From assembly GCF_009914755.1 (NCBI RefSeq), contig NC_060931.1: DNA of 64,000 nucleotides, one strand, 5' to 3'. The notes under the pieces were generated by a model. That model saw only the letters and a program-made list of their open reading frames with translations. It was not told where the DNA came from and did no database searches. This stretch comes from the human T2T-CHM13v2.0 reference genome, Homo sapiens. Shown piece by piece: positions 14,220 to 28,809 of the stretch. Position 1 is the first letter of the stretch. Every line of letters begins with the position of its first letter. The position numbers and the translations under genes are program-made.

Positions 14220-15240
14220 GGCACCTCTAAAAATTTCACAGATGTGTCATGCCCTTGAATATTTGTAGGGCTTATCTTCTATCACCTGAGGTGCAGATGC
14301 CTTACTTAGGCATTCAGAACTCTAGTCACTTTTTGCTACCAGGTCTGCTTGGCATGATCTCATCAAAATAGTGGAACAATGACCAGAATGTCCAGGTGAT
14401 CAAGGTCCATCATCTGTCTAGTTCAAACAAGGACCAAACTGGTAAATTGAATGGGTTTTCATGGGGAGAATCACTCCTGCATCCTTTAAGTGTTTGAGGA
14501 AGACACAAATCACTTCAGGATGCAGCAAGTAGCTACTTGAGGAAAGATTGTGAATAGCTACTTTAACTACTTGCTATGGCATTGCTGGCACTTCCTCAAG
14601 GGGACATGGCCCTTTAATCAGTGTATTCTAAGTCTTAAAATGGCCTTAGTTCTTAAAACGGGACAAGAGATCATGATTCCCTATCATGTGCTGACCAACC
14701 CAAGGTGTTTTTCAGATTATTAATCAAACAATATCTTAATGTATGTAGCTGCTAGGATACCATAGTTTATTAGTCTTAGGCTCCCTAGTTGTTACTCTGG
14801 CCTTGTTACCCATTAGGGTAATTGAGTATACCTGTCTTCCTGCAAGGTTGTTGTGGAAATTAACACAGCAGCTAATTTCAACAATCCTACCTTTCGACAG
14901 TTTTATGCTGTCATCTGGCTATTCTAGATCCTATCATTCTTATTGACACCAGGGAGCCCAGTTTCTGAGAGTGTCTCCTACTATCAATCTTGACCTACAG
15001 AGGACACACAACATTGAGTTTCTCAAGGTGCTAGTGCCTCCTTTATGAATGCTTTATTCCTTATTGCTTTAGTAAAGAGAGCATCCTCTGGGTCCTCATG
15101 GGAAACATAATCATCTAGTGGTTCTTTGGTGTCTCACAATACATCAGTTCTAACATGCCTACCTTTCTGAACTTTTAGATCCCTTCCTCTGCCAAGGAAT
15201 TTCCAGCATCTCTACCTCATTTACTGCAGACATAATTGTT
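14220..15240 (-). mobile_element. ERVL-class internal region: decayed gag and RT fragments
   Basis: Minus-strand frameshifted peptides PEDALFTKAIRN (gag-like), KHLKDAGVI, PFNLPVW, HYFDEIM (YIDD variant) and KISPTNIQGHDTSVKFL match ERVL gag/pol. Confidence 0.8.
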
Positions 15241-15529
15241 TACAAGCTGCAAGGAGCTATTTTAGCAGTTTATTAGCAGTGGCTCCAGCTATCCATACCA
15301 GGACAAGCTCGGGGAGGAGAAAGCAAAGAGCAAGGAGAATGAAAGAACAGACCACACACCTTCTTCCCTCTGTTAAATCCATCAACCAAAAATCAGTTCT
15401 GAACTGTGGGAGGGGAAACATGTTGAAATGTATTACAGTTTGAAGTTTTTAGCCAGATAGTACATTTTAGTACCTGAAAAGTCAGATTGTTTTAACACAC
15501 AATAGTGGCTGGAAAGTGATTGCCTATGA

Positions 15530-15862
<333 letters not shown>

Positions 15863-16139
15863 TGAAGGCAGTGGTGCAAGAAAAATAGCTGTTTCCTCAT
15901 TGTTCACTACCAATTACAGACAGTTCAAATAACAAGCTGTACAAGTATTGCAGTGCAAAATGGAGTTGCTGCCTCTTCGTTCTTTGATTTTTTTTTTCCA
16001 TTTAGGAAATGGGTTAAAATAAGCTATTGTGCAATATGAAATTACTAGACATTCTGTCCTTTATAAACACAAATACATTAATTCTGCATACCGTAATATG
16101 TGAACCGGTTTTGGAGACTGGGGAGTAGTAACATAAATG

Positions 16140-16489
16140 CCATACAGGAGCTTTAGCCATTCACTATGGCGCTCAAGGAAGGAAATAAATGTCTCATCCA
16201 TGGCCATGGGGGGCGGCTGTTCAAAGAGAGCTTAATGAAACAGGTTATACTTAAACAGAAGTTGACATGCTGAGTGTGGTTTTGAAAGATATACAGAAAA
16301 AATGATTTCTGAGTATAGAGAACAATAGGAAAAGGTATGGCAGTATACTAAAAATGAGTAATCCAATTTAGATGAAACAAAGAATCTATGAAGAGATATA
16401 ATGGAAAACAAAGCCTGAAAAACATACTTGGCCAATATCTGAAGTCTTGGACACAAGGTGGCAGGATTTATACATTATAGGTAGGCGTA
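16140..16489 (-). mobile_element. L2 fragment
   Basis: Decayed L2 3' motifs (ACAGAAGTTGACATGCTGAG...TTTGAAAGAT). Confidence 0.5.
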
Positions 16490-16827
16490 TGCTATGGTTT
16501 GCATACATAGTTCACATGTTGGATGTGATCACCTTAACACCCAAGGTGATGGTATTAAGAGGTGGGGTCTTTGGGAGGTAGCGAGGGCTCCATCCTCATC
16601 AATGAAATTAGTGCCCTTATTAAAGGACTTGAAGGCACCTGTTAGCTTCTTCTGTCTTTTCTGCCATGTGAGGATGCTGCAAGAAGGCACCCTCACCAAT
16701 TACTGAAGCTGCCAGCACCATGATCTCAGACTTCTCAGCCTCTAGCACTGTAAGAAATACATTTCTATTGCTTATAAATTCCCCCATCTAAGACATTTTG
16801 TTATAGCAGCAGGAACAGACTAAGGCA
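16490..16827 (+). mobile_element. MaLR MLT1A-type solo LTR
   Basis: TGCTATGGTTTG...GTGATGGTATTAAGAGGTGGGG...TTATAGCAGCAGGAACAGACTAAGGCA. Confidence 0.88.
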
Positions 16828-16828
16828 G

Positions 16829-17192
16829 TATATTAGTCCATTTTCAAGCTGCTGATAAAGACATACCCAAGGCTGGGTAGTTTATAAAGAAAAAGAGGTT
16901 TAATAGACTTACAGTTCCGCGTGGCTGAGAGAGGCCTCACAATCATGGCAGAAGGCGAGAAGCACATTTTACAAGGTGGCAGACAAGAGAAAAATGAGAA
17001 CCATGCGAAAAGGGTTTCCTCTTATAAAACCATCAGATCTCATTAGACTTATTCACTACCATGAGAACAGTATGGGGGAAACTGTCCCCATGATTCAATT
17101 ATCTCCCACTGGGCCCCTTCCACAACATGTGGGAATTATGGGAGCTACAATTCAAGATGAGATTTGGGTGGGGACACAGCCAAACCATATCA
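16829..17192 (-). mobile_element. THE1 solo LTR
   Basis: TATTAGTCCATTTTCAAGCTGCTGATAAAGACATACCC...CAGCCAAACCATATCA with 5-bp TSD GGCAG (16824-16828, 17193-17197). Confidence 0.93.
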
Positions 17193-18249
17193 GGCAGCAT
17201 AAGAAAGATTGATTGAAATTCTAATATTTCCCTTGGTGTTTTAAAAATAATTTATTTAAATTCTTATTTATAAACTGAACCTGAAGATAGAGGAATTGGG
17301 AGTAAGACTCCACTAAGGGACAGTGGGAAGGGAGCTGGGAAGCACAGCAGTGACTGGGGTAACTATCAGTACATTCTGATGGGAGGGACTTAGTGGAAAG
17401 AGACAGCCCAAAATTCTTGCTGCATCTGCCAGTCAGCAGTAGTTGAGGTGGGAACAGACAGGGCCCTGTTACTCAGGCACCACTTCTGAATTTGGCATCC
17501 TCCAATAAGTCTTTCTTTCGCTGAAGTCCACCCACTACCCCATCCCAGTCTGATCTTGGTCTGAGTATAGGAAGTGAATGGTATACCTCTGTGTCAGACC
17601 CTGTGTGCCAAGGGTTCTTTACCTCTGGAGCTGATCACTTAACCTTCAAGTTGAATACTGGAGTCCAGTATCAAAACACCGCATTTACATTAACAAGCAT
17701 ATGCTTCCCCATTCCTTAATCATCAGAAGGAATAGAGTTATTAGAAAGTTGCTAAGGTGTTAGAAATCCATCAGCTGTCTGAGAAAGTTAGTGGAAGGAT
17801 GCAATAGAACAACACATTTAAAATGACTACCACTTCCTGGCACAGAGTAGATATTCAATATCAAGTTCCCTCTCTGTTGTTTTCCTACACAAGAGAGTGG
17901 CACAGAGTAAGTAATATCTGTCCTATAAACACTCACCATGGCTATCCCTCCCTGCCCTGCTAAAAGAAGACATAGTATATCCTCCCATTAATTTCTTTCC
18001 CCATTCCTACAGATATTCTTCCTATGAGATGGTGTCATCCTTATCCATTCCTGTTTTCTTCTTCTGGACACCTATGGTTTGTTTCTGTCCGTTTATGATG
18101 CAATACCTCAAACAACATTCAGTTCCTCAGATATGAGCTGACTAATGAAGGAGAAACAAAAGGGCTTCTTCCTCTTGGCTTAGATGCAACAATTCTGTTT
18201 TTCCAGGCTAAGGATTTCTTCGGGGTTTTGTTTTTCTTTGGTTTGGTTT

Positions 18250-19589
<1,340 letters not shown>

Positions 19590-19594
19590 TAGAG

Positions 19595-19815
19595 ACAGTA
19601 CAGCACTGTGATCCAAAGTGTGGCTTGAATCCTGGCTCCTCTACCTTCTGGCTGTGCTGACATGGGCACGTCGTCTTGGCTATCTGTCCCTCAGGTTCTT
19701 AATCAGTAAAATGAGAACAATGATAGAACCCACATCATAGGATTAGTATAAGGATTGAATCACTTCACATTGATAAAGCATTTAGAAGCATTTCTGGCAC
19801 TTTAGTAAGCAAAAT
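19595..19815 (+). mobile_element. MIR
   Basis: TGAATCCTGGCTCCTCTACC...CCTCAGGTTCTTAATCAGTAAAATGAG...GCATTTCTGGCAC. Confidence 0.8.
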
Positions 19816-19819
19816 ATGA

Positions 19820-21400
19820 TTCTGGAATTTGGAAGATATTTGAGCTAGAGATATAAACATGGGAGTCTTTGGCATATCAATAGTATTTGTTTTACCTTGG
19901 GTTCCCCTAGAAGCAGATCCTGACAAGGATGTTAGTGTAAATACTTTATTTGGGAGGAGAGTCCAAGAAATACTGGTGGAGAAATGGGGAATTGAGACAG
20001 GAAAAGGAAGGACGTCAATAAACGGTGCATTATGAAGTAAGTTACTCTTGCAGATAACAGATGTTTAGTTCCATTGTGGGACTCTGGGAGACAGTGTAGA
20101 AGAGGCCTTAAAGTTATCCTAACTGAGGGACCAGAAAGCTAAATAATTATCCATCAAACCTCAACCGTCTTTGGCCAAGGCCTGCTTTGGGGGCTTAACT
20201 CTTCAGCAGTTCCAGCTTCTCTGCAAGAGAGTCCAGAGCTCCCTGGGTCAAGAAAAGGCCCCAAGGCAGAGAATCTGAAGTGCCCCCAGTAATCAGCCTT
20301 CTGTGTGCAGAGGTGAGTCTTGAGGGACTATGAGTGGGGCACCCAAGCATGAGAGTATCTGATGTCATCCTAGGAGTGAGTGAAGTTAGAGAGAAGGTGG
20401 GGTCTGGCCACCAAAGTGCTGTAGCACTCCAACATTTGGAGGTCAAGAAGATAAGCTGGAACCAGGAAAAGAAACTGAGGAGAGGCCAGTGAAAAAAAAG
20501 AGAGTAGAGTTCTGGACTCCAAATTGAGAGGAAGAATCCAAGCAGGAGGAAGAATCAACCATGTCAAATGCTGCAGAAAGGTCAAATAAGGTGAGGATTG
20601 AAGATTGACCATTGGATTTAGATACTTGGAGGCCACTGTTGACCTTGACAGGAGCAGTTTTACAGAGGTGGTTCAGGATAGGGCGTGAGTTCCAAAGAAG
20701 TAAAATTGGAGGCAGCCTATATAGACAACTCTTTCAAATAGTTGGTTGTAGAGAAATAAAACAGTGGCTGAAGGGGGTGTGCATGTCGAGAGAGAGAGAG
20801 TTTGAGAAGGGAAGTGTTGTAGCATGGTTGTATGTGGATGGGATTGATTCAGTCAAGAGGGAAAAACTGATGATGCAGGGAAAAGAAGGATAGTTATGAA
20901 AGTGTTATCCTTCATAAGTGAGAGGGAATGGGATCTTGTGCACAAGCAGAGGAAGTTTCCTTAGAAGCAGAGACCACTTGTCAATAGCAACAGAGAGAAG
21001 GCAGAAGGGTCTACACACTCCACCACAGATGCAGACAGGTGGTGAAGTGTGTAGAAATTCGCTTCTGAGCTCTGATAAATTTGACAGAAACAAGCAAGTC
21101 AGCTGATATCTGATGATTGGGGCAGAGGGGATGTTGGAGTATTGAGGAGAATGGAGAAGGTGGGAAGTAATCATCCAGGATTGAGAATAGATGAGGAACA
21201 GGGAGAAGGATCGCCAAGCAGCACCAAAGGGTCATGGGAGATGAGTGGCCTAAGGGCAGTCGGCAGAGTTTTGTCTTTCTCCAGCCATGTTCAACTGCTT
21301 GGGTGCAGACACAGAGTGGAGGAGAAATAGATTTAACCAAGGTTGGGTATGCTTTATGTCCAACTTCCAACATGTAACCTTGCTCCAGGAAGACATTATG
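19820..21400 (-). mobile_element. L2 (long fragment) interrupted by an MLT1-type LTR (about 19888-20300)
   Basis: L2 motifs GTCAAATGCTGCAGAAAGGTCAAATAAG, GACCATTGGATTTAG; minus-strand peptide SPYLTFLQHLTWLI; LTR TGGGTTCCCCTAGAAGCAGATCCTGAC. Confidence 0.78.
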
Positions 21401-22080
21401 TAGTTATTGGCTAAGAAATTAAATTTTATTGAGACAATAATCCTGAATTCCAAGAGTTTTGAGAATATGTTAAAAGCAAAGTGAGATAAAAGAGATTTAT
21501 GGGAAAGCAAAGCAGAAGTTGCTTTACTCAATCCATTTTGAAGGTGTTTCTTTGCCAAAACTGAATAGAGGGCTAGCAGAAACTTGTTTACCCTCCATAA
21601 ATGTTGGGAGCTGGCTTTCCTCTCTGAGTCTCTTGATTCTGGTGGACCCTGTAACCACTGACTAGCTAAGTAATCAGAACCCAACATGTCCTTTAACTGT
21701 AAGAGTGGTAAATTATCTGTTCCAGTTTAAAAGAGGCTGAGTATGTTACAATCACAGGGACTATAAAAAGCAAGGAAGGTGTGTGTGAAGTAGCTCCACC
21801 TTTCTCCAGTAAACATGTCTTACTCTAGGTGTCTTACAGCAGAGTTCACATCCCTTCATGAGCCTCTGGTCAAAGATTCTAGTAAGAAAACTCTTGGAGA
21901 CCTGAAGCTGGATAATCAGGACCTCTATTTTACCCCTAGATAATGGGAGTTAAGGCACTGCGTTTTTCTGTCCTAGTATCCAGTTTATCTAGTTTCTGGA
22001 CAAGGTCAAACAGCTCAGTTGTAGATACTCAAAAGACAACCTTAGCAGTAAGCCACAAGATGTGTGCAACAAAGAAGGTG

Positions 22081-22541
22081 CATAGTGCGTTGAACGGTGT
22101 CCTCCCAAAAAGATATGCTCAAATCCTAATTCCCAGAACCTGTGAATGTATGCTTATTTGGAAAGGAGGCCTTTGCAGATATAATTAAGGATCTTGGGAT
22201 GAGATTATCCTAGATTCAGGGTGGGCCCTAAATCCACTGATTGATATACTTAAGACAAAAGAGAGGGAACTTTGAGACACATGGAAGCACAGATGAAGGT
22301 TTCATGAAGCACGAGGCAGAGGTTAGAGTGCTGTGTCCACAAGGGCCAAGGATTGCTGGAAACCAGAGGCGAGGAGAGAGGCATGGAACAGATTCTCCCT
22401 CAGATCCCCCAGGAGGAACCAACCCTGCAGACACCTTGATTTCAGACTTCTGACCTACTTAACTGTGAGAGAATACATTTCTGTTGTTTTCAGCCACAAA
22501 TTTGTGGTTCTTTGTTAAGGTAGCCCTAGGAAACTGATACA
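22081..22541 (+). mobile_element. MaLR MLT1B/C-type solo LTR
   Basis: GTTGAACGGTGTCCTCCCAAAAAGATATG...GTAGCCCTAGGAAACTGATACA. Confidence 0.9.
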
Positions 22542-22780
22542 GGGTGGGAACTCCTATTTTAGTCGTGTGAAGAGTGAATGGTCTGGAAAAACACAATGAT
22601 GTATTCATGTGGCTAGGGAGACTAAGACCACCTGTAGTCCCTGAAACTTTGGGGGTAATCTCCTTCAAGTTCCCTTTAGAAAAATATGGCTCCTCTTCCA
22701 GAAACCACATATCCTGATAGTCTGAAATATCTGTAGTTATTTTTAGGCCATTGTTCCATTTCCATGGAAGTGTTTGCAAA

Positions 22781-22951
22781 ATTAGCCGGACATGGTGGCA
22801 CGCAGTAGTCCCAGCTACTGGGGAGGCTGAGGCGGGAGGATCACTTGTGCCCAGGAGTTCATGGTTGCAGTGAGCTCTGATCACGCCACTGTACTCCAGC
22901 CTGAGTGACAGAGTGAGACCGTGTCCCAGGAAAAAAAAAAAGAAAAAAAGA
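22781..22951 (+). mobile_element. 5'-truncated AluJ / right monomer
   Basis: Right arm only with poly-A; TSD AAG(T/A)GTTTGCAAA (22768-22780, 22952-22964). Confidence 0.9.
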
Positions 22952-23219
22952 AAGAGTTTGCAAATATTTTGTTTCCCAGGAAGTCATAATACCCTTATGA
23001 TTCAGTCAGCCTGATTCTGCAGTCCTGAAATCTCGGCTTGCAGCAGATGTGTGCTGAGAAGGCTGTGCTTACAGAGAGCAGCCTCCCAGATCCCTGTATG
23101 CCCTGATTCCTGGCTTGTCTCATCTGGAATAAAAAGAAGTAACAACCAACACTGCACTTTGATGCTTTTATTCATTTGCTGCTTTTATTCATCTGTTCTC
23201 CACCTCAAGTGCCCTCACC

Positions 23220-23490
23220 CCACTTGGGGAGTCCTGGCTTATCCTTCAAGACTTGCCCAAATGCCTTCTGCCCTGTGAAGTCCTCCTTGAAACTGAAGAA
23301 GCAATTATTCTTCCTTCTACGTTCCCACAGAACTCTGCACCTCTATTAAAGGACTTATTAAATTCTATTACAGCTTAGTTTTTATGTAACTGTCTTCCCT
23401 GAAACACTCCAGAGGTGGCATCATGACTTACTCATGTCTGAATCACCAGCACTTAATCTAGAACCTAGCTCAATAGTTTTCATATAAATT
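23220..23490 (+). mobile_element. L2 3' end
   Basis: CTTATCCTTCAAGACTTGCCCAAATGCC...CCAGCACTTAATCTAGAACCTAGCTCAATA. Confidence 0.65.
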
Positions 23491-24149
23491 AAGAAAAGCA
23501 ATACCTTAGAAAATCTCTAGTAGCCAAATTCAAAGTTTCTCTAAAGTGTACAACTGCTATGATTTAACTTCCTCTATTTTGGATTTCAAGCCACTAGAAT
23601 TTGGAACAGGAACAAAGTAGTGCAGAAATTATTGTGTACTATGTGAGCAGAGTTCAGTGCAAAATTATGGAGGTATGTAAGTGTTTGTAGCTTTGGCATT
23701 ATGGTCAGGGGAAACTTCTTTCCTTCAGAGGAAAAGGGCAGTGTCATCCCTGGGATCACAAGCTTCTTGAACATGTGGAAGGTGGGTTCTTCCTATTTTG
23801 GATTTCAGCTCAGCAAAGGCTTTCCTGAATTAATCACTGAAGAAGCACACGGCACCATATTTCCTTCATCTGGTCACTGCAGAAAGCAAAAATGTTTATA
23901 CCAGATGGTGCTCAATGTGATGTCATCATTCCATGGTTTATCCAAATTCCCTCTTTCATCATGTTTTGCTTGGAGTTACACCTGGAGTTTTATGTATCTG
24001 CAAATATTCAGAATGAATTCTCAGTTGTGGAAGAAAAAAATAGATGATGCTCTAAGCTTATGTGTAAATATCCTTTGTAGAAAAGATGAAACATTTCAAT
24101 GAATAAAAGCTGAGGGCAAAAGGAAGGTTTGAGTAGGTAAGTGGTGTAT

Positions 24150-24163
24150 GTTCCCATGGGAAC
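24150..24163. promoter_or_regulatory. Perfect palindromic RFX X-box motif
   Basis: GTTCCCATGGGAAC matches GTTNCCATGGNAAC. Confidence 0.45.
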
Positions 24164-24429
24164 AAGCAGCTGCTGCCAACAAATGCATGAGAAAAGGCTA
24201 TAGAGTCTTTCTATGATTCAGGCTAAAACTAAATTTGTAAAGGAGTCGAAACACACATGAATCATCCCCTCTTGTCCACTGTGATCATGACTATCTCCAA
24301 GTCAAAAGCTAGCCAAGAATCACAATGAAGACTAGCCTGTTGTGACAACTGAAGTTGTTTGCACTAAATATCTCCACCAAGGAATTCCAACAGCTTCTAA
24401 CATCTACCACATAACAATTTAGATTAATT

Positions 24430-24720
24430 GGCCTATTAAGACCCTCATAATCTGGCACCATGATCTCTATCCCATCTAATTTCTGACCACTTTCCTATAT
24501 GGGCTAAGGTGGTCTCACTATTCCCTGAACATTCTTGTTCATTCTTAACTCCAAAACCTTTCTCATATACTTTCTCTGTCTTCTAGCACTGTTTCCTTCT
24601 TCTTCATCTATTCAAACCAATTTATTCTTAAATTCCAGTGTTAGGATTATCTGATCTGTGAGGTTTGTCATGATTGCAAATCATACTGTTTCTCCCTGCT
24701 CTGGATTTCTGTACTGTCCC
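24430..24720 (+). mobile_element. L2 fragment
   Basis: AAGACCCTCATAATCTGGCACC...TTCCCTGAAC...TTATTCTTAAATTCCAG. Confidence 0.6.
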
Positions 24721-25445
24721 TCAAGAACTGGAGGTGCAAGCTAATGTTTCTATTGATGTCAATCATCATTAATGGACACTCTTTGGTTCACACACTGTGC
24801 TAGCAGCATAATGGACATTTCCTGTTGTTCTGCTCCCTATTTTCTTTGCTGTTCCTTTGTTTCAAACCATTTAAAATAGTTTTTTTCCCCTTCCTCCCGA
24901 TGATCAATATAACTAAGGGCTTTTTGTTCCTCTTCAATCCTATATAAGGAAAATATTTTCCTCCCCTTCTTAAGATAGGAAAGAATTGGTGGATACTAAG
25001 CTTGGTGAAATCTGTTGGAATCTTCAACTTTAACCCCTTCCAAATTGAGGGGCTCAAATAAACCTTAGTTAAAGCACAAATTAGTTACTAATTAGGGAGC
25101 TCCTGTACAGATAAGGGAGTATTAGTTTTGGACCATTTGGCCACTTTTTTGGATATCCAGATTGTAGAATTACCAACAGGCATACTCATTGGTGTGTACT
25201 GAGTCTCAGACAGGATTCAGAATGAGAGTAATTCTTTTGGGATCTGAACCTTGCAGGAAAATAAAAATAGACAAAGCTTGATTAGGGTCTCAAAGTCTGG
25301 CAATGCCAGTTTAACCATGAACAGAAAATGAAATCTTCATAATAACATTTGATTGGTATCTAAAACCCCAAAATGCCTCTATTTCTAGGGCAATACTATC
25401 TCTACATTTTAAAAAAGTTTCTGGATGCCAAGATATTTAGCTTGA

Positions 25446-25573
25446 TTTTATTTATTTATTTTTTATTTCAACAGGTTTTTGGAAAACAGGTGGTATTTGA
25501 TTACATGGATAAGTTATTTAGTGATGATTTCTGAGATTTTTGTACACCCATCACCTGAGTAGTGTACACTGTA
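25446..25573 (-). mobile_element. Short L1PB-type 3' end
   Basis: (TTTA)n-TTTCAACAGGTTTTTGGAAAACAGGTGGTATTTGATTACATGGATAAG...GTGTACACTGTA. Confidence 0.85.
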
Positions 25574-25691
25574 AAGTCACTCTTGTTCACTTACGAAGAA
25601 TGAGAAGAAAAACTCTGAAACAAAAATTCTCCTGCCTTTAATTGAACAAACTGTAGCCCACTCTAGAATGACTTTTCTGTAGCTGGCCCAC

Positions 25692-26074
25692 TGTGGTAGA
25701 GTACTTTCAAAAATATTCACTCCTTCCCCCTTTTACCTCCACAAGGGAAATATCCTTCCCCAAATCCTTGACTTTGGGTTTGGCTGCATGGCTTGCCTTG
25801 GCAGATGTGACACAAATAGGGGGTTGAAATGTGCTTGAGTGGTTGGGCCTGGCCTCTTGCACCCCTATGATTGCAACGAGAAGAGTGTGTCTTGACTAGT
25901 CATTGCAACAAGAAGAGTGTGTCTTGACTAGTCACTGGTCCAAGGCACATGAAGAAGATGAAGCAGAGCCACCCAGCTGACCTGCAGCTCTGTGAGATTA
26001 AATGATTGCTATTTTAAGATACCGAGTTTTGGGGTGGTTTGTGACACAGAATTTTTGTGGCAATAGCTGATACA
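25692..26074 (+). mobile_element. Old MLT1 solo LTR with internal 32-bp tandem duplication
   Basis: TGTGGTAGAG...TTTTGGGGTGGTTTGTGACACAG...GGCAATAGCTGATACA. Confidence 0.8.
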
Positions 26075-26407
26075 CATCCCAATAGCTCCACAAACGGTCA
26101 TTATCTTCCCAAGTTCTGTTTCTGTCCCCAGAAAATATCATTCTTGACCGAAAAAATGCAAATATAATATTTTCCTATGGGCTTCTAACTCAAACGGCAT
26201 AGGGTGTTTCAGAAAAATGTTCCTATTTAATTAGTTCAGTTTGTTTTTATTCCTGACATCATGCTTCCCTCTAAGTACTGTGAGTGCACAGAGGGAAATG
26301 TGAGTCTGTGTGCTCAGGTACTTTTTAAATTTCAGGCTTAGGGGAGTCTATGATCCCTAAGTCTGACACTGTCTCATGAACTGTGAAGAACTTGAAGACA
26401 GGAGGCT

Positions 26408-26880
26408 CTATCAGCCTCTCAGCAAGAGAGACAGCACGCTCAGCTTTGTTGTGTAGAGGCTTTTTCATAAAGGAAATATTTAGAGGTGTGGTTCGGGTTA
26501 GAGGAACTAGCAAGGGATGTTGAGGTGCCCAGACACTAGGAATAGCAGGGAGTTCTGATGATCCCCAGGCCTGAACAGTAGGGGGAGAAAACGCAATTTT
26601 TGGAGACTGGCTAAGAGTTAGAGTCAAGATGGGCTGCCCAACGGTAGCTATAGTTTGAGTGATGAGGCCATTGATAGAACCACGGTGAAGCAGATGGTGA
26701 GTGGGAATAAATGGTGAGGAGAGATATATTGAAAATAAATATTCCAACATCTTCTCCTCCCACTGACCAGAGGGCAAGGGAACCTCGGTAACACAGTACC
26801 TAGAGGTCAGGTTCCCAGGACAAAGAACATAACAGAACACAGAATAAATCTGCAACGAATCAAAGAACAACCACAACAGA
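26408..26880 (-). mobile_element. ERVL solo LTR (LTR33-like)
   Basis: TCTCAGCAAGAGAGACAGCACGCTCA...GGGTTAGAGGAACTAGCAAGGGATGTTGAGG...CCCCAGGCCTGAA. Confidence 0.65.
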
Positions 26881-28809
26881 TGTTTATGAATACTTGCCCC
26901 AGTTTTCTCAGGAAAGAAGGCATGGGGAAAGGGAGGGCAAGAAATGAGTTGCGTTTACAAGGAAATTGGTTACAGAGAGTTTACAAAGTCTTCAATTTTG
27001 AATTGAGTAGCAAAAAGATGGAAAATTAGATGACCTGTGACTGGGCCAGTAGATGTCTTTGCATTGCATATATCAACCTCAAGCACTTCTCTAAAAGTAT
27101 CATGAGACAAAACTGTAGCACTAGACGGCATCAGTGAAATTAACCTTAAAGTACCTGGAAGATAAGTATTTTGAGGAGGGCTATCAGATCAAGCTTCTGG
27201 TCTTAATCTCTGGGTTTGACATTGGGATTTTAGAAGAAATATTTAAATGGATAGGGAAGTAAAAGGTATATGGATGCCAGGAGATTCCTGAGCTATAGAA
27301 CTCTGACACTATTTCAATTTTTTGATAATCTTCTGATTCTTCACCTATGAAAATATTATATGAAACTACTTACCAAATTTATCAACCCATGACACATCCA
27401 CAAACCCAAACTTGCCAGAATACTTTCATTGTCGTGTTAATGTGTTTGAAGGAGAGTGTGGAGGGCGGGGAACACAGGAGACTCCTTGGTCTACATGTCC
27501 ATACATGCATATCCACATACCAGCATCAGCCATCTCTCTTTCTCCAGCAAAATTACTCTTGCTTTCCATTTCTGTTGTCCAAAATGGGCAAAGGTGAGTG
27601 AGTAAAACCAAAACACCAATACACTGAGGATGTCTTTTATTATACACAGAAGTATCCTACTATGCTAGAAAACAATATTATACTAATTTTCTTAGAGAAA
27701 CAAAGTAGCTGACTATTCATCTGATTCAAATATATGTGAGACACACTTTTTTATCCTTCAGATACAATTTTCACATCGTACTTTCTCTTTAGATTTTATA
27801 GTTGGCCCAGTTTCCCCTTGAATGCGAGCCTTATAAGCTTTTTGTACCTCTTAACATCAAACTCAATGAATAACTAAGACTTGGGCTATTTGTATTGCCC
27901 AAATGGGAAATGGGGGAGGGTGAAGGAAGAGAATCCTCCCCTCTCCATTCGAAGGTTCCAGGGGGCTACAAAGAGATAATGGTTGATGTTGATTCTAGAA
28001 AACTGGTTCTCATGAAGTTTTCAAGCTGATTTCCTTATGTATTAACTTCACTAAAAGAAGGATTCCTTTTGATAAGTGAGGACAAAAAGGCATCATTGAA
28101 TACCAATTATAAAAAGAAAAAAAATCTACAAGTACAATATTTTGCTTCAAATAAAATATATTTATGTGGTTGCTATGTTTTTGTTGATAGTCAATATATG
28201 TAAATATTTAGCTAAATTATGAAAATTCAAGAAAGATCACAGCTATTGGAAGTAGCAGGCTAGCTAAAAGCCTCTGCAGCATTGCTTGAACAGAAACAGA
28301 CCAAAGGCAGATTATGTCTGAAGATGTGTTGATTATATCTCCTTAAAGAAATAATAAGTTCTTTAAAAGGGCAATATAAGCAACATTCATGTACTTATGA
28401 GAAATGTGTAACTAAATACTTCATTGCTTAACTAACATTTATTGGATGCCTATCGGTGATTAGAATGAATGATTGGGGGTTCCAGTTAATTAACTACCTG
28501 AATTTGTCTTCCTATATATAATTTTCCAGGAAGAAAATAATATAACAAAAAGGAAATGGTTACAAAGTAACAAACATTTTATTTCCCAGTCTAATCTTTT
28601 TCAACCTATATTTATACCCAGAGGACTGCGTGGTATGTTCAGCATCATGTATCTTGGCTTCTGTCAAGATGAATATTTTGTATTGATCAACGCTTTACAC
28701 TTTACAAAGCCCTTTCAAATACTTATTTCCTTTGACTTCTAAGTCTTACTGCACCATTGTGTAGATGGAAAAATTGAGTCTGAAGTGGTGATTTCCCCAA
28801 TGTTATTCT

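Noticed and set aside
25871-25934. CRISPR-like direct repeats
   Set aside because: Two adjacent copies, no spacer, eukaryotic LTR context.
26762-26780. CTCF-like TGACCAGAGGGCAA
   Set aside because: Lacks the 5' CC of the core and lies within an LTR; weak.
26325-26876. Longest ORF in the track (183 aa)
   Set aside because: Starts at a non-ATG codon, lies within an LTR33-like LTR and has no recognisable domain.
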